Source: Dendrobates tinctorius (taxonomy: Eukaryota). Taken from it: a stretch of DNA of 64,000 nucleotides. The notes under the pieces are model-generated. The model did not search any database and was not told the DNA's origin. It worked only from the letters and a program-made list of their open reading frames with translations. The stretch covers positions 5,890,001 to 5,954,000 of the forward strand of contig NW_027361797.1 of the NCBI RefSeq assembly GCF_039654945.1. Reading direction: 5' to 3'. Shown here one piece after another: positions 27,033-40,400 of the stretch; position 1 is the first letter of the stretch, and each line of letters starts with the position of its first letter. Position numbers and translations under genes: made by a program.

Positions 27033-28055
27033 TATATACTGTATATATAAAGTACTTGCAACCTTGAAAAGAAGAATAAGAGAAGAAAATGGAAAAGTAG
27101 AAAGTCAGCAAGAAGGAGAAGGGAAGATCTAATTTGAGAAAGCAAATGGGATTGGGGTGAGGAGGGGGGGAATTTAGGTAAGTGTCCAAATTCCAAGAGA
27201 CTGTATCGAATATTATTAGAATGAATGGCCCGCCAAAGGCGCCAACTATCAGTGAACTGTCTATGTTTCTTCGCCTCCCAACTTGCCAGTTCCTCTATAT
27301 ATTTGCTCTGCCCTGGTCCTCGAGTGTTGTAGTGATGGGGCATTATCCAATTTCCACATGCTAGGAACTAGAATTCTGGCAGATGCCAGGAGATGACTAA
27401 AGAAGGTGTGTTTATTTTTAGGGATGCCATCTGGGAACAGATGCAGCAAACACATCTCCGGGGATGCCTCTAATTGCAAGTCCAACATTTTATTTATAGC
27501 CTGGATTTTTTGTAGCTAGAAAGGCTTAATTTTTTGGCACTTCCACCACATGTGTATCATTGTACCCACCTCCGATGAGCATCACCAACAGTTGGGATTA
27601 ACATCTTTATTAATTTTATGGAGTTTTGCCGGGGTCATGTACCACCTCAACAGAAAATTCTACCCATTCTCTTGTACCCTTATTAGCAGAAAATATTTAG
27701 ATTCTGAAAAGTGGCCTGGTATCTGGACCACACTATTAGCAGAAAGGTTTTAGATTCTGAAATGTGGACTCCTAGCTGGACCACACTGTTATCAAAAAGG
27801 ATTTAGATTCTGAAATGTGGCCTGGTGTCTGGACCACACTATTAGCAGAATGGATTTAGATTCTGAAATGTGGACTCCTGGCTGGACCTCACTATATGCA
27901 GAAATGATTTAGATTCTGAAAATGTGGTCTTGTGTCTTGACCACACTCTTAGCACAAACTAGTTAGATTCTGAAATGTGGACCCTTGGCTGTACTGCACT
28001 ATTCACAGAAAGAACTTAGATTCTGAAATGCGTACTCTTAGCTGGACCACACTGT
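26160..28055. repeat. 53-bp satellite in two blocks (26160-26720, 27683-28055) split by insertions
   Basis: Unit TTAGCAGAAAGGATTTAGATTCTGAAATGTGGACTCCTGGCTGGACCACACTA. Confidence 0.88.
27040..27682 (-). mobile_element. L1 LINE 3' fragment (ORF2 C-terminal zinc finger), next to (TA)n at 26989-27029
   Basis: WYMTPAKLHKI..PNCW*C..GTMIHMWWKC..I.PF and HLLASARILVPSMWK. Confidence 0.75.
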
Positions 28056-31000
28056 TGGAGAATCTCAGGACAGCTGTTGAAAAGTATATAAGGGAATAGA
28101 AGAATTCAGGATATCTACTGTATAAACCGAACGATAGTGAGGAAACACTTAGCTAACCTAAATGAATTCAAGTCTCCAGGTCCAGATGAATTACACCCCA
28201 GAGTACTGAAGGAGATAACAGAAGACATTTTTGAACCACTCTCCATAATCTTTGAAAAGTCTTGGAGAACAGGAGAAGTCCCGGAAGAGCAAATGTTGTC
28301 CTATCTTCAAAAAGGGCAAGAAGGTGGACCCAGAGAACTATAGGCCGGTGAGTCTGACTTCTATACCAGGAAAGATCTTTGAATAACTTATTAATTAACA
28401 TGTACGTAAATACCTGGATAAAAATGAAGTGATTAACAGAGTCAGCATGGGTTTGTAACTAATAAGTCTTGTCAAACTAACTTAATTTCCTTCTATGACA
28501 GAATCACTGACTGGGTGGATAAGGGAAATGCTGTAGATATAGTATATCTTGACTTCAGCAAAGCATTTGACAAAGTATCTCACACAATTCTTATTAAAAA
28601 ACTAGGAGGGATAGCAAATACTAGAGAAGAGAGAGAGTATTCAAAAAGATATAAATAAACTGGAGCAGTGGGCAGCAACTAACAGAATGGTTTTAACAGG
28701 GAAAAATGCAAAGTACTACATCTGGGCAATGAAAATGAAAAAAGTATATACAGAAAGGTAGGAATAGAACTAAGCAACAGCACATGTGAAAAAGACTTGG
28801 ATATACTAATAGATCACAGACTGAACATGAGTCAACAGTGTGAAGCAGCAGCAAAAAAGGCAAATACAATTCTAGGATGTATTAACAGAAGCATACAGTC
28901 TAGGAGGAAAGTTTGGTTGTAGATGATGAGGAAAAAGCTAATATATTAAACACCTTCTTCTCCACGGTACTCACGCTGGAAAATGAAATGCTAGGTGAAA
29001 TGCTGAGAGACAAAGAAAACCCTATATTAAGGGTCACCAATCTAACCCAAGAAGAAGTGCAAAATCGGCTAAATAAAATTAAAATAGATAAATCTCCGGG
29101 TCCGGATGGCATACACCCACGAGTACTAAGAGAACTAAGTAATGTAATAGACAAACCATTATTTCTTATATTTAGAGACTCTATAGCGACGGGGTCTGTT
29201 CCACAGGACTGGCGCATAGCAAATGTGGTACGAATATTCAAAAAGGGCTCTAAAAGTGAACCTGGAAATTAGAGGCCAGTAAAGTCTAACCTCAATTGTT
29301 GGAAAAATATTTGAAGGGTTTCTGAGGGATGTTATTCTGGATTATCTCAATGAGAATAACTGTTTAACGTCATATCAGCATGGGATTATGAGGAATCGCT
29401 CCTGTCAAACCAATCTAATCAGTTTTTATGAAGAGGTAAGCTATAGACTGGACCAAGGTGAGTCATTGGATGTGGTATATCTTGATTTTTCCAAAGCGTT
29501 TGATACCGTGCCACACAAGAGGTTGGTGCACAAAATGAGAATGCTGGGTCTGGGGGAAAATGTGTGTAAATGGGTAAGTAACTGGTTTAGTGATAGAAAG
29601 CAGAGGGTGGTTATAAATGGTATATTCTCTAACTGGGTCGCTGTGACCAGTGGGGTACCACAGGGGTCGGTGTTGGGATCTATTCTCTTCAACATGTTTA
29701 TTAACGATCCGGTAGAAGGTTTGCTCAGTAAAATATCAATATTTGTAGATGGTACAAAAATATGTAAAGCAGTCAATACAAGAGAAGATAGTATTCTGCT
29801 ACAGATGGATCTGGATAAGTTGGGAACTTGGGCCGAAAGGTGGCAGATGCAGTTTAACAATGATAAATGTAAGGTTATACACATGGGAAGAAGGAATCAA
29901 TATCACCATTACACATTGAATGGTAAACCACTGGGTAAATCTGACATGGAGAAGGACTTGGGGATCCTAGTTAATGATAAACTTACCAGGAGCAGCCAGT
30001 GCCAGGCAGCGGCTGCCAAGGCAAACAGGATCATGGGGTGCATTAAAAGAGGTCAGGATACACATGATGAGAGCATTATACTGCCTCTGTACAAATCTCT
30101 GGTTAGACCGCACATGGAGTACTTTATACAGTTTTGGGCACCGGTGCTCAGGAAGGATATAATGGAACTAGAATGGTTACAAAGGAGGGCAACAAAATTA
30201 ATAAAGGGGATGGGGGAACTACAATACCCAGAGAGATTAGCAAAATTAGGATTACTTAGTCTAGAAAAAAGACGACTGAGGGGAGATCTAATAACCATGT
30301 ATAAGTATATAAGAGGACAATACAAATATCTCTCCGAGGATCTGTTTATACCAAGGAAGGTGACGGTCACAAGGGGGCATTCTCTGCATCTGGAGGAGAA
30401 AAGGTTTTTCCACCCACATAGAAGAGGATTCTTTACTGTTAGGGCAGTGAGAATCTGGAATTCCCTGCCTGAGGAGGTGGTGATGGCGAACTCAGTCGAA
30501 GGGTTCAAGAGAGGCCTGGATGTCTTCCTGGAGCGTAACAATATTGTATCCTACAGTTATTTTTAGGTTCTTTAGAAGGACATAGATCTGGGGATTTATT
30601 CGGACAGAATTTTATAGGCTGAACTGGATGGACTAATGTCTTTTATCGGCCTTACTAACTATGTTACTATGTTAGATCATGCAAAGTTATTATTGTCTTC
30701 TACTTCTCTTTGGTCAGACCTCATCTGGAATGCTGTGTCCAGTTTTGGGCACCACATTTTAAAAAAGACATCAACAAACTGAAGCAAGTTCAGAGAAGAG
30801 CGACCAGAATGGTGACCGGTCTGCAAACCATGTCCTATGAGGAACAGTTGCAGGATTTGGGCATGTTTAGCTTGCAAAAGAGAAGATTTTTAGAAGACTC
30901 AATGGCTGTCTACAAATATCTGAATGGCTGTCACATTGTAGAAGGATCATCTTTATTCTCATTTGCACAAGGAAAGAGTAGAAGCATTGAGATGAAACTG

Positions 31001-31218
31001 GATAGGAGGAGACACAGATTAGATATTATAAAAAACTTTTTGACAGTTAGAGTGATCAATGAGTGGAACAGGCTGCCATGAGAGGTGGTGAGTTCTCCTT
31101 CAATAGAAGTCTTCAAACAGAGGCTGGACAGACATCTGTCTGGGATGATTTAGGGAATCCAGCTTTGAGCAGGGCTTGGACCAGATGGCCCTTCCATTTC
31201 TATCATTCTATGATTCTA
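28056..31218 (+). mobile_element. CR1 LINE (internally deleted), split by a second CR1
   Basis: KSPGPDELHPRVLKE and the YLDFSKAFD region lie at 28056-28903. The element resumes at 30676 (LVRPHLECCVQFWAP) and ends in an ATTCTATGATTCTA tail. Confidence 0.85.
28904..30672 (+). mobile_element. CR1 LINE (second subfamily), 5'-truncated, RT pseudogene
   Basis: ORFs 28913-29272 and 29388-30566 contain YLDFSKAFD and GVPQGSVLG; the catalytic FADD is mutated to FVDG. Tail (ACTATGTT)n; TAG duplicated at 28901-28903 / 30673-30675. Confidence 0.92.
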
Positions 31219-31785
31219 AAGTCTGCCAAAAAAAACTAGCAGGGTCATCCATATGCTCTTGAAGGCACCAAATATTGTTAACACTGTGTATTTCTGGTAA
31301 TCCTACACCCATAATGGCCTCATTCGAATATTTTGAAAATGTAGTTTATGTGCAAAGTGCAAAGCCAGGAGAAAATGGTAAGGAGGGTAATACAATCCCA
31401 TTCAGGTGTCTGCTTCCTCTTCTCCATCTTTAGTAGGCTGGGGGGACTACCTCCACCAGATGCCTGGGCTGTAAGTGACCAAGATTTGGGTAGTGCCAGA
31501 GCACCCGACATGTAGAAATGGGTGAAAGCCTCATGTGTCACCTGCACCATCACAGGCTCCTGCATAGGAGGTGTGCAACTCCAAGGACAGTCCAATCTCT
31601 CAGGGATGGTAACCCCATCTCAAGCCGCCTCGAGGTGCCTCTCCCAAGTCTTCAATTCCCAAGAATGGTTCATCACACCCGCTTCATGCAAGGTTTGTTG
31701 CCCCTCCATTTTGAGGAACATGACCCTGGTTCCAATCATCAGCTCTTGAATCCTTCAAGGCAAGTGTTCGGTCTCTACTGTTCGG

Positions 31786-32917
31786 TTCCTTCCTCCACAT
31801 CCCCGCTGTCCATGCACCACACGCGGTGACGTTGGGACCAGGAGAGAGAGGTGCGCAGATTGTTAGTTTAGCCCGAGTGGGTGGAGCTGGATGGAGTGGG
31901 CGGAGCTAGAGCGGAGCTGCAGCGCATGTGATTGGGCGGCCTGTGGGGGGTGTGGCCTAACACTGTAGTAGGCCGCAGTAGAAGCCGGGGACTAAATTTA
32001 GGCCAGGAAGCTGCAGGGGAGAGGGGGGATAGCGCAGTTGGCGACGGGGAGCGCCGACTGAGCCGAGACAGGGTTGGGAGGGTGCGGGCACTATTCAGCC
32101 CCTGTCCTGAAGACTGTCTTCCTCAGAGCCCAGCTCTCCATGCACTGTCCTGCTGCATCCATCCTCTGCTGCTTCGTGATTGGTTGGTGTCCCACTCAGC
32201 TGGTGTCCCACTCAACACATTCAGATTTATATATAGAGATAGCTGATAGTATTTATCTATTTATTAAATGCAGAATGTATCTGATACAAACAGCAAAATA
32301 CTCACAAGATTAGCCCTTAGAAGGACTGTTAGTATGATGGTTCAGCATCGGCACCAATATCAACACTAGAGTACTCTGATTAGAAAAACTTTGCACACAC
32401 TGGCCTTGATATCTGCTCTTTTCCTTCAATCAGAAATATCCCTGAGCTGTTCAATATTTTTGGTGAACTGAGCATCAGTGAGTCCTTTAATAATCTCTGA
32501 TTAAGTAATGTGACCAACCAATTACTGTAATGTCACAATCAAGATGGCTACAGCATTATAGTGACTGGCAGGCAATGACCTCATACTTTTTGGCTGTCCA
32601 ACAGGTGCCAAACATGCGGGGTGGGGATTTGAGCTTCAAATTCTTGCACCAGCCAATGCTCAGCGTGTGCCAAGCACAACCAAGCAAACAGATACTTCAG
32701 TGATATCCAAGTATCACTGAGCATGTCCCCTCATCTCTGCTATCAAACTTTTAGACCATAGGTGGACATATAATTTATGCAACTTGCAACTTGTCTGGCT
32801 GCAGACAGGCCCTAAAGGTAAGGGGACAAAGCAAAAGAAGTTGCAATTATGCATTGTGATGAGCTATTGGGCTGCAAAGGGCACATTTTTTGTCCATTTA
32901 TAGTAGTCCTCTTCTGT
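31786..32917 (+). repeat. Near-identical copy of 35381-36522, flanked by 120-bp direct repeats (31668-31787 / 32916-33035)
   Basis: Direct sequence comparison; the ORFs at 31932 and 35527 are near-identical. Confidence 0.92.
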
Positions 32918-33489
32918 TCATCACACCCGCTTCATGCAAGGTTTGTTGCCCCTCCATTTTGAGGAACATGACCCAGGTTCCAATCATCAGCTCTTGAATC
33001 CTTCAAGGCAAGTGTTCCGTCTCTACTGTCCGGTTGTTGAGCAAAATGTGATGATGGGTCCCAAACTCTTCTATGGACCCCCATCTCCTCTGCCGATCAT
33101 ATGTAATGAACACACCCAGGATGCCAGGACTCGGTACCTTGAGTCTAGAGAGCCCACTAGCATGTATAGAGCTCTGGTCCTGGCTCACCTACCTTCTTTC
33201 TTCCTACTAGTGTAGGTCTCCCAGTCAGCTTGCCAGTTGCTGGATCATGGCTCTCATGTCTGCAGTCCGCAAAAACACCAGCGGTAAAGGATGTGGCCTG
33301 GATTTAGGCCTTGGTTCCAGGAAAGTGCTCGGTTCCGTACTTAAGGCTCCTGCCACCTCTGCTGTTGCAACAGCTTGGTCTGGCTCCGATATTCCTCCTG
33401 TCACTTCCTCAAGAGTCTCACGGGATTCTGCCATATTTTCTGCCTTATCACCAACTGAGCACTTTACACTGTATAAATTACAAATTCAA

Positions 33490-34305
33490 TCCAGAAAAAA
33501 AGTTAATGCTTTTTGGAGGTTTGTATAGAACTGTAATGCAACACTATCACATTAAACTCTATGGATAACTAATTGAATCCAGAAAAAAAAAAATTCAATT
33601 ATATTTTGGAGTTTTATATATCACCGTAATTTAAAACAAAGTACATAATACTCTATGGATAACAAATTTAATTCCGAAAAAAATTTGAACACTTTTTTGG
33701 AATGTTATAAAACACCGAAATGGAACACAAACAAGTTAATATTTTGTGGATGACAAATTAAATTCAGAAAAATTTTTGTATGCTTTTTTTTGAGTGTTAT
33801 ATACCACCTAAATGTAAGATAAAGCATGTAATACTCTATTGATGACTAGCTAAATCCAAAAAAAATTATGGATGCATTTTTGGAATGTTATATACAACCA
33901 GCATGTAACACAAAGCACATAATATTCTATGGATGAGAAAAAAATAAACACATTTTTGGAGTGTTATATATCACTGAAATGTAAACCAAATCATGTTGTA
34001 CTCTATGGATAACATATTGAATCTAGAAACTTTTTTTTAACTCTTGTTGAGTTTTATATACGACTGAAATGTAACACAAAGTAAGTAATTAAGTAAGTAA
34101 GTAATATTCCATGGATAACAAATTCAATCCAGAAAATTTTTTGAACGCTTTTGTGGAGTGTTATATGCCACCAAAATGTAAAACAAAGCATTTAATACTC
34201 TATGGATGACTAATTGAATTTAGAAAAAATTTTGAACGCTTTTTGGGAGTGTTATATACAACCAAAATGCAAAACAAAGCACACATTACTCTATGGATGA
34301 CAATA
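33490..34305. repeat. AT-rich ~88-bp degenerate tandem array
   Basis: TTTTGGAGTGTTATATA...AATACTCTATGGATGAC recurs about 9 times. Confidence 0.8.
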
Positions 34306-34989
34306 TAGTCAATTTTTTCACCCCCAAAAAAGAGTCCAATGAACAGAAAAATCCAGCTCTTGGTTCTTCCAGGGTTAAATTTATTCAAAGAGAAATGTTT
34401 TAAAAGTCCAACTTCATAAAGACAGCATAAATGTCACCACCATTCTTAGGGACACAAGAACAGATGCGATTCGAGCTTACAAGCTCTTAATCATTGCAAT
34501 GATTAAGACAAAACCACCTAGTTTGTCCAATAAAAACAATTTAAAAATGTATAACTTGTGCTATGAATGTACCCTAAAATAAAATAATAAGTAGATAAAT
34601 ACTATCAGCTATATAATAATAAAAGGCTTAGTAATAAAAAGCTTAGTAATAAAAATAAGTGCCAATAAAGGGTTACCTTGATATGAGTTCTGAACCTGAA
34701 TAGATGGGTAGCAGCCTTTAGAGGAAGCTCCTATAGGGAAAGCTGGATGATCCTCTTTTCAGAGCTAAAAAGAAAGGTGGTTACCATTTAAGGAAGGTCC
34801 TGTAGGAAAAGCTGGGTGATCCTGCCAATAAAGGGTTACCTTAATGTGAGTTCTGAGACTGAATGGATGAGTGGTAGCCTTTAAAGGAAGGTCCTATAGA
34901 GAAAGCTGGATACTCCTCTTCTCAGAGCTAAAAAGAGCTCTGAGAAGAGGACTATCCAGCATTTTATTACTTAGCCTTTTATTATTATA

Positions 34990-35852
34990 CTAGCTGAAGA
35001 GCCTGGCGTTGTCCGGGCATGGTACTTAACTGTGGGTCCCGCTGTCTTCCTTAACAGCCCCGCTCTCCACCCGCCATCACGCTCTCTCCTTCCGCAGCCC
35101 CACTCTCCACCCACCATCCCATTCTATTCCTCTGCAGTCGTGCTTTACATCCGTGTCCCAGTGTCCCTCCACAGCCCTGCACTCTTCTTCCACAGCCCTG
35201 CTGTTCCGCTCTCTCCCTCCACAGTCCCGGTCTCTTCGTCCACAGCCCTGCTCTCCCACTCTCTCCCGCCACAACCCCGGTCTCTTCGTCCATAGCCCTG
35301 CTCTCCAACTCTCTCCTGCCACAGCCCCCTTCTCTTCCCTCACAGCCCTGCTCTCCTGCTCCCTCTACAGCCCCGCTGTCTTCCTTCCTCCACATCCCCG
35401 CTCTCCATGCACCACACGCGGTGACGTCGGGACCAGTAGAGAGAGGTGCGCAGATTGTTAGTTTGGCCCGAGTGGGCGGAGCTGGATGGAGTGGGCGGAG
35501 CTAGAGCGGAGCTGCAGGGCATGTGATTGGGTGGCCTGTGGGGGGTGTGGCCTAACACTGTAGTAGGCCGCAGTAGAAGCCGGGGACTAAATTTAGGCCA
35601 GGAAGCTGCAGGGGAGAGGGGGGATAGCGCAGTTGGTGACGGGGAGCGCCGACTGTGCCGAGACAGGGTTGGGAGGGTGCCGGCACTATTCGGCCCCTGT
35701 CCTGAAGACTGTCTTCCTCAGAGCCCAGCTCTCCATGCACTGTCCTGCTGTATCCATCCTCTGCTGCTTCGTGATTGGTTGGTGTCCCACTCAGCTGCTT
35801 CATGATTGGTTGGTGATGCACACACACACACATTCAGATTTATATATAGAGA
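34990..35852 (-). mobile_element. Non-autonomous Helitron (863 bp)
   Basis: The minus strand starts A|TCTCTATATATAAA and ends CAGCTAG|T, with a subterminal GC hairpin (GCCTGGCGTTGTCCGGGC, 35001-35018). It sits at an A|T site with no TSD and carries an internal CACAGCCC minisatellite. Confidence 0.85.
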
Positions 35853-37066
35853 TAGCTGATAGTATTTATCTATTTATTAAATGCAGAATGTATCTGATGC
35901 AAACAGCAAAATACTCACAAGATTAGCCCTTAGAAGGACTGTTAGTATGATGGTTCAGCATCAGCACCAATATCAACACTAGAGTACTCTGATTAGAAAA
36001 ACTTTGCACACACTGGCCTTGATATCTGCTCTCTTCCTTCAATCAGAAATATCCCTGAGCTGTTCAATAGTTTTAGTGAACTGAGCATCAGTGAGTCCTT
36101 TTATAACCTCTGATTAAGTAATGTGACCAACCAATTACAGTAATGTCACAATCAAGATGGCTACTGCATTACAGTGACTGGCAGGCAATGACCTCATACT
36201 TTTTGGCTGTCCAGCAGGTGCCAAACATGCGGGGTGGGGATTTGAGCTTCAAATTCTTGCACCAGCCAATGCTCAGCGTGTGCCAAGCACAACCAAGCAA
36301 ACAGATACTTCAGTGATATCCAAGCATCACTGAGCATGTTCCCTCATCTCTGCTATCAAACTTTTAGACCATAGGTGGACATATAATTTATGCAACTTGT
36401 CTGGCTGCAGACAGGCCCTAAAAGTAAGGGGACAAAGCAAAAGCAGTTGCAATTATGCATTATGATGAGCTGTTGGGCTGCAAAGGGCACATTTTTTTCC
36501 ATTTATAGTAGTCCTCTTCTGTCTGTGTCCACCATGATCTCAGACTCTTCCCTTTTCAGCATTCTCCAGCCTCTTGTTTCTCTGTTTGTCTTGCCATGCA
36601 AATTATGACCTTATTTTTACTTTATTTTAGCGAACAGAGACATAGTCAATTCCCTGGCTCTTTGATACTATAGAGCAATAGGAACTCCAAGTGCCATAAT
36701 ATGTTAAAACATAGAAATGTTAAAGGATGTTATCCACTAAAAATAATGCATTGAGGAGAGAATATCCCCATTTTGAGGAACTGGCCACTGACTAAAAACT
36801 ATTGGACCAATGCACTTAGAGCGGAGTCCACGGTGCTACAGGTTGCCGACTTTTCTAGCACGGAGAACCTGTTGCATTGATATTGTTGTGGTTTAGATTT
36901 ACATGCTGTGTTTTATTAGTGATTTGCTTGCTTGTCAGTAAATCCTCAGGAATCAAGGTATCTATTCAGTGACAGGAAGCAGAGGAAGGCTTGCATGCTG
37001 GAACTTATGTATACCTAAGGACAGACAGGAAATTGCCAAAGGTAAATGTAAACAAACATTCTGTTA

Positions 37067-37409
37067 AAGCCCCATTACATTTAGCAATGCACCAGTGATC
37101 CCGACCACGATATCACCCGGTCAGGATCGCTGGTGCATCGCTAAATGGTCGCTAGTGAGCTGACAAACAGGCAGATCTCACTAGCGATGCAGCAGCGGTC
37201 GGCGGTCGTACTCACCTGTCAGACGCGGCGAGGGTGACCGTCTTCCGCCTGCGTCCATGGCTTGCTTCTCGGCACCAGCAGGAAGACGATGACGAGGAAT
37301 GGACCAGGCCGATCTCGCGCGATCACCGATAACCAGCGGGGGAGCCGGTCGGAGGTGAGTATCACATGTAGCAATATCGCTAGCGATATCGCTATGTGTA
37401 ACAGGCCCA
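37067..37409. mobile_element. Harbinger-type MITE (GCGATC-rich family), copy 1
   Basis: Homologous to 46259-48502 and 50917-51322, with imperfect terminal IRs. Confidence 0.65.
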
Positions 37410-40400
37410 TCTCATCTTTATCTCACGCCATTGTACTCCCAGCCCTAGGTCGATTGTGTGGATAGGTATCATAGACCCAAGGGAGCTATCACCACAGGGG
37501 TCTCACATGCAGTCCCAGGTGATGGGCTTATAGAATATGCTTCATTCTTTGAGCTAAAGGAAAATGTTTAAGGGGGAGAAAAAGATGCCACATGGTTTAG
37601 TCAGGCAGTAGTTGGAATGCGTTTAAAGGTTGGGGATCCCTGTCTGAGGTGGACGGATGCCCTGTGGAATTTTGGAGACCGGTTGCCGGCTGGGCTGGAT
37701 CCCCCTGCTGCGGTTGAGGGATTTGTTTTCTGGATTACACAAACTTTTTTAAGAATTGTTGGTTCTGGATACATGGATGTCGGTTGCGTGATTTATCATC
37801 TGGAGGAGCCTGGACTGTGACTACAGACTATTCCAGCTGGAGAACAAAATCTGTGGGTCAACCAAAAGTTGGGAGACAGTGAGCATTGCTGGTACCAACC
37901 TTGGGGAGGGGATTTTTGGACTGAGGACATTGTATTTTGGCCATCTACCTGGATTTGTTATAAAACCATGAACACATGGAATAAAAAATAGTTGCATCGG
38001 TAACCTGCCTAGGTGATTATTATAACCAACAACCTTATATCTTCACACCCATAGCAATGCATGTGCTTGAAAATGGCACTTATATGAGTGGTAAATCATG
38101 GATCTGTATAACTTATTGTTGCATGTATGATCTATAAAGGAAATAAAAATACGACTATGTATTAATTCAAAAAGCATTTACAGTTTAATTACAAATGTTT
38201 GTGCCAACTTGCTTTACTTTACTAAGAGTATTATACAAGTTTGGTTCTATTTTCTTGTTTCTCAAAGTTCATTAGTAGTTGTATAGCTGAATTTTAACGT
38301 TTTACTTGTTTAAGTGAAATAGCGTATTTGTTTTGTTGAGCTTTGGCAAACAAAGTTAACTTATGCATATTTTATGTTCATTTTTTACCCTTCATTTAGT
38401 AAATTACATATATTTGGTGCTACTGTTTTGTTCATAATAAACACCCAATATGTTCAGCTTTTCCTAAGGGAGAAAGAGGCACATAGTACTTCTGCCAACT
38501 TATGTAATATAAAACAGTCAGTAAAACTCTTGCCTTGCAACTTATGGCATTCTATAAAATGGGCTCCCTTCTGCAGTGAATAGTAGCTTATAACTCAGTA
38601 TTTTAAATTGTACTGTACAAAGTGGCAATTTGCCTGTGTTTATGTCCTGCAGTAAAGAGAAAAAAAAATTGTTATGACTGTGTGTGCCTTTAATAACCCT
38701 AAACCCAGCTTAATTGTAGAAACTTTGATCTATAAGTATAACGGAAAGATAGATATGGCACATTTAAAATAATATATCCATGCTATGGCAAAAAATAATA
38801 TTAAATTCTTTAATACTAAAGATGAGTGAATATATTCAAGAAGAATTGAAATCTACAAAAATCATTAATTTCCAAAAAGCACATATTTTTGGTAAATCAC
38901 TTTTGTGCAAACCATACAGTGTAATCAAAAATTAAAAAAAAAAACCTTTATACTCACCTGAGCATAAACCTCACTGGCCTCGGTGGTGAGTGGTGAGATT
39001 AGTATAAGAATTTTTTTATTCTCTACATCTTACCTTTATTATGCTTTGGGGTCTCTTCACAGGGCTGTCAGCCCTGCTGTACTGCCCCTTCTCCCACACT
39101 TGCTACCTTGAAATAAAAACTGTGTTAGTGTTAGTAATTACACTCAGCTTTGCTCGGTTTCACTCAAATTTCTAACCTATTGTCTAGGTGTAGGGATGGG
39201 CGAAGAGGAGGATGGGATAATTAGGTGGTGCTGCTGATGCCGATAGGCAGGGAAGGTGTGCTGATCCAACAGGGTGGGGGTGACCCACTTCTTGACGCAA
39301 ACAGACTAGAGACTGAGACAGGAAAGTGCGTTCAACAGGTCCGTGTTTTATTCACCAACTTCCTTGACGACTTCCACAAACCTTGACAGGACTTTTGGCA
39401 ATCCCTTTTCACACACACCCGGGCACCTTCTTTTCCTGTCTGTGTCACCATCATGGTGTCCTCTGTGGTTCTCCTCACTGTGGCTGCCCTAGGTACTTCC
39501 ACCACAGCGTTTCCCCGATCATAGTACACTGTCCCTTAATTCGCCCAGACTGTCTCCGTCTGATGCTTCTGTCTTCCTGGGTCACCCCCCGTGACCGTCT
39601 CTACTGTCTGGTTCTCTCTGAGGGTTCTCCAATGTGCAGCAGACCCTCTTTACTTGTGAGCTCCCCTTCCCTGACTGACTTTCTGGAAGCTTCTCCCAAC
39701 CTTTATACTCCCAGCCTAGGTAGCTCTGCCCACTGTCACCTGACAATTACCTTTTGACCAATGAGTATGAACTTGACCTGTGGCAGTTATGAAACCACTC
39801 TCTTCTGTGCTCCCCGATGCCCTCTAATGGTCACACTCAATACGGCATCCTTTTCTTCTCCATCTCAGTGTTTCTATTTCTACACTGAATTATTCCCTCT
39901 GCCTTTTACTAAAAGCAGATTTCTCTGTCAGGTCAACCTCCCCACATAGGCATGTTCTTCTTTCTCCTGAGTGTTTCTTTCTATTGAGTGTTCTTTTTTC
40001 TCCCAAAAAATTGCCTGCTTTTGATTGGCCAATTTCATGCAGGGGAAGAAGTACATGCCCACTATGAAAAATGTCTCTTAACGCCCCCTTCTACTCATCA
40101 TAAATTATAAGAACCTAAGCTTTACAAGTTAATATCTCCGCCATGGAGGGGAGAAATTTTATTTTACTCAACGCTACAGCCACTATTCCATGATGGGGCC
40201 CGTTCAACATTCTCAAATTGATAATGGTCATATTTAAAGGGCATTTTTGCATAACTTGGGAGATTAATCCAAATCATAAAGTCCATTTGGAGACATGTTT
40301 TGGGGTGTTTGCCCAATTCATCAGTATAGAGCAGAAGAACCCATTTGGGTGAATGAAAGATCTCTGACAGTCAGTGTAAGGGGCAAAGTTTCTCCTTGTG

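Noticed and set aside
26160-28055. CRISPR-like regular array
   Set aside because: These are contiguous 53-bp satellite units with no spacers and no cas genes, in a eukaryotic context.
36630-37045. Possible host exons (AG...GT bounded); also minus-strand 40130-40470
   Set aside because: They have no sustained or recognisable reading frame.
37455-38047. Possible solo LTR (similar candidates at ~11730-12240, 39188-39845, 49844-50440)
   Set aside because: The composition is LTR-like, but I could not confirm clean TG..CA ends with a TSD.
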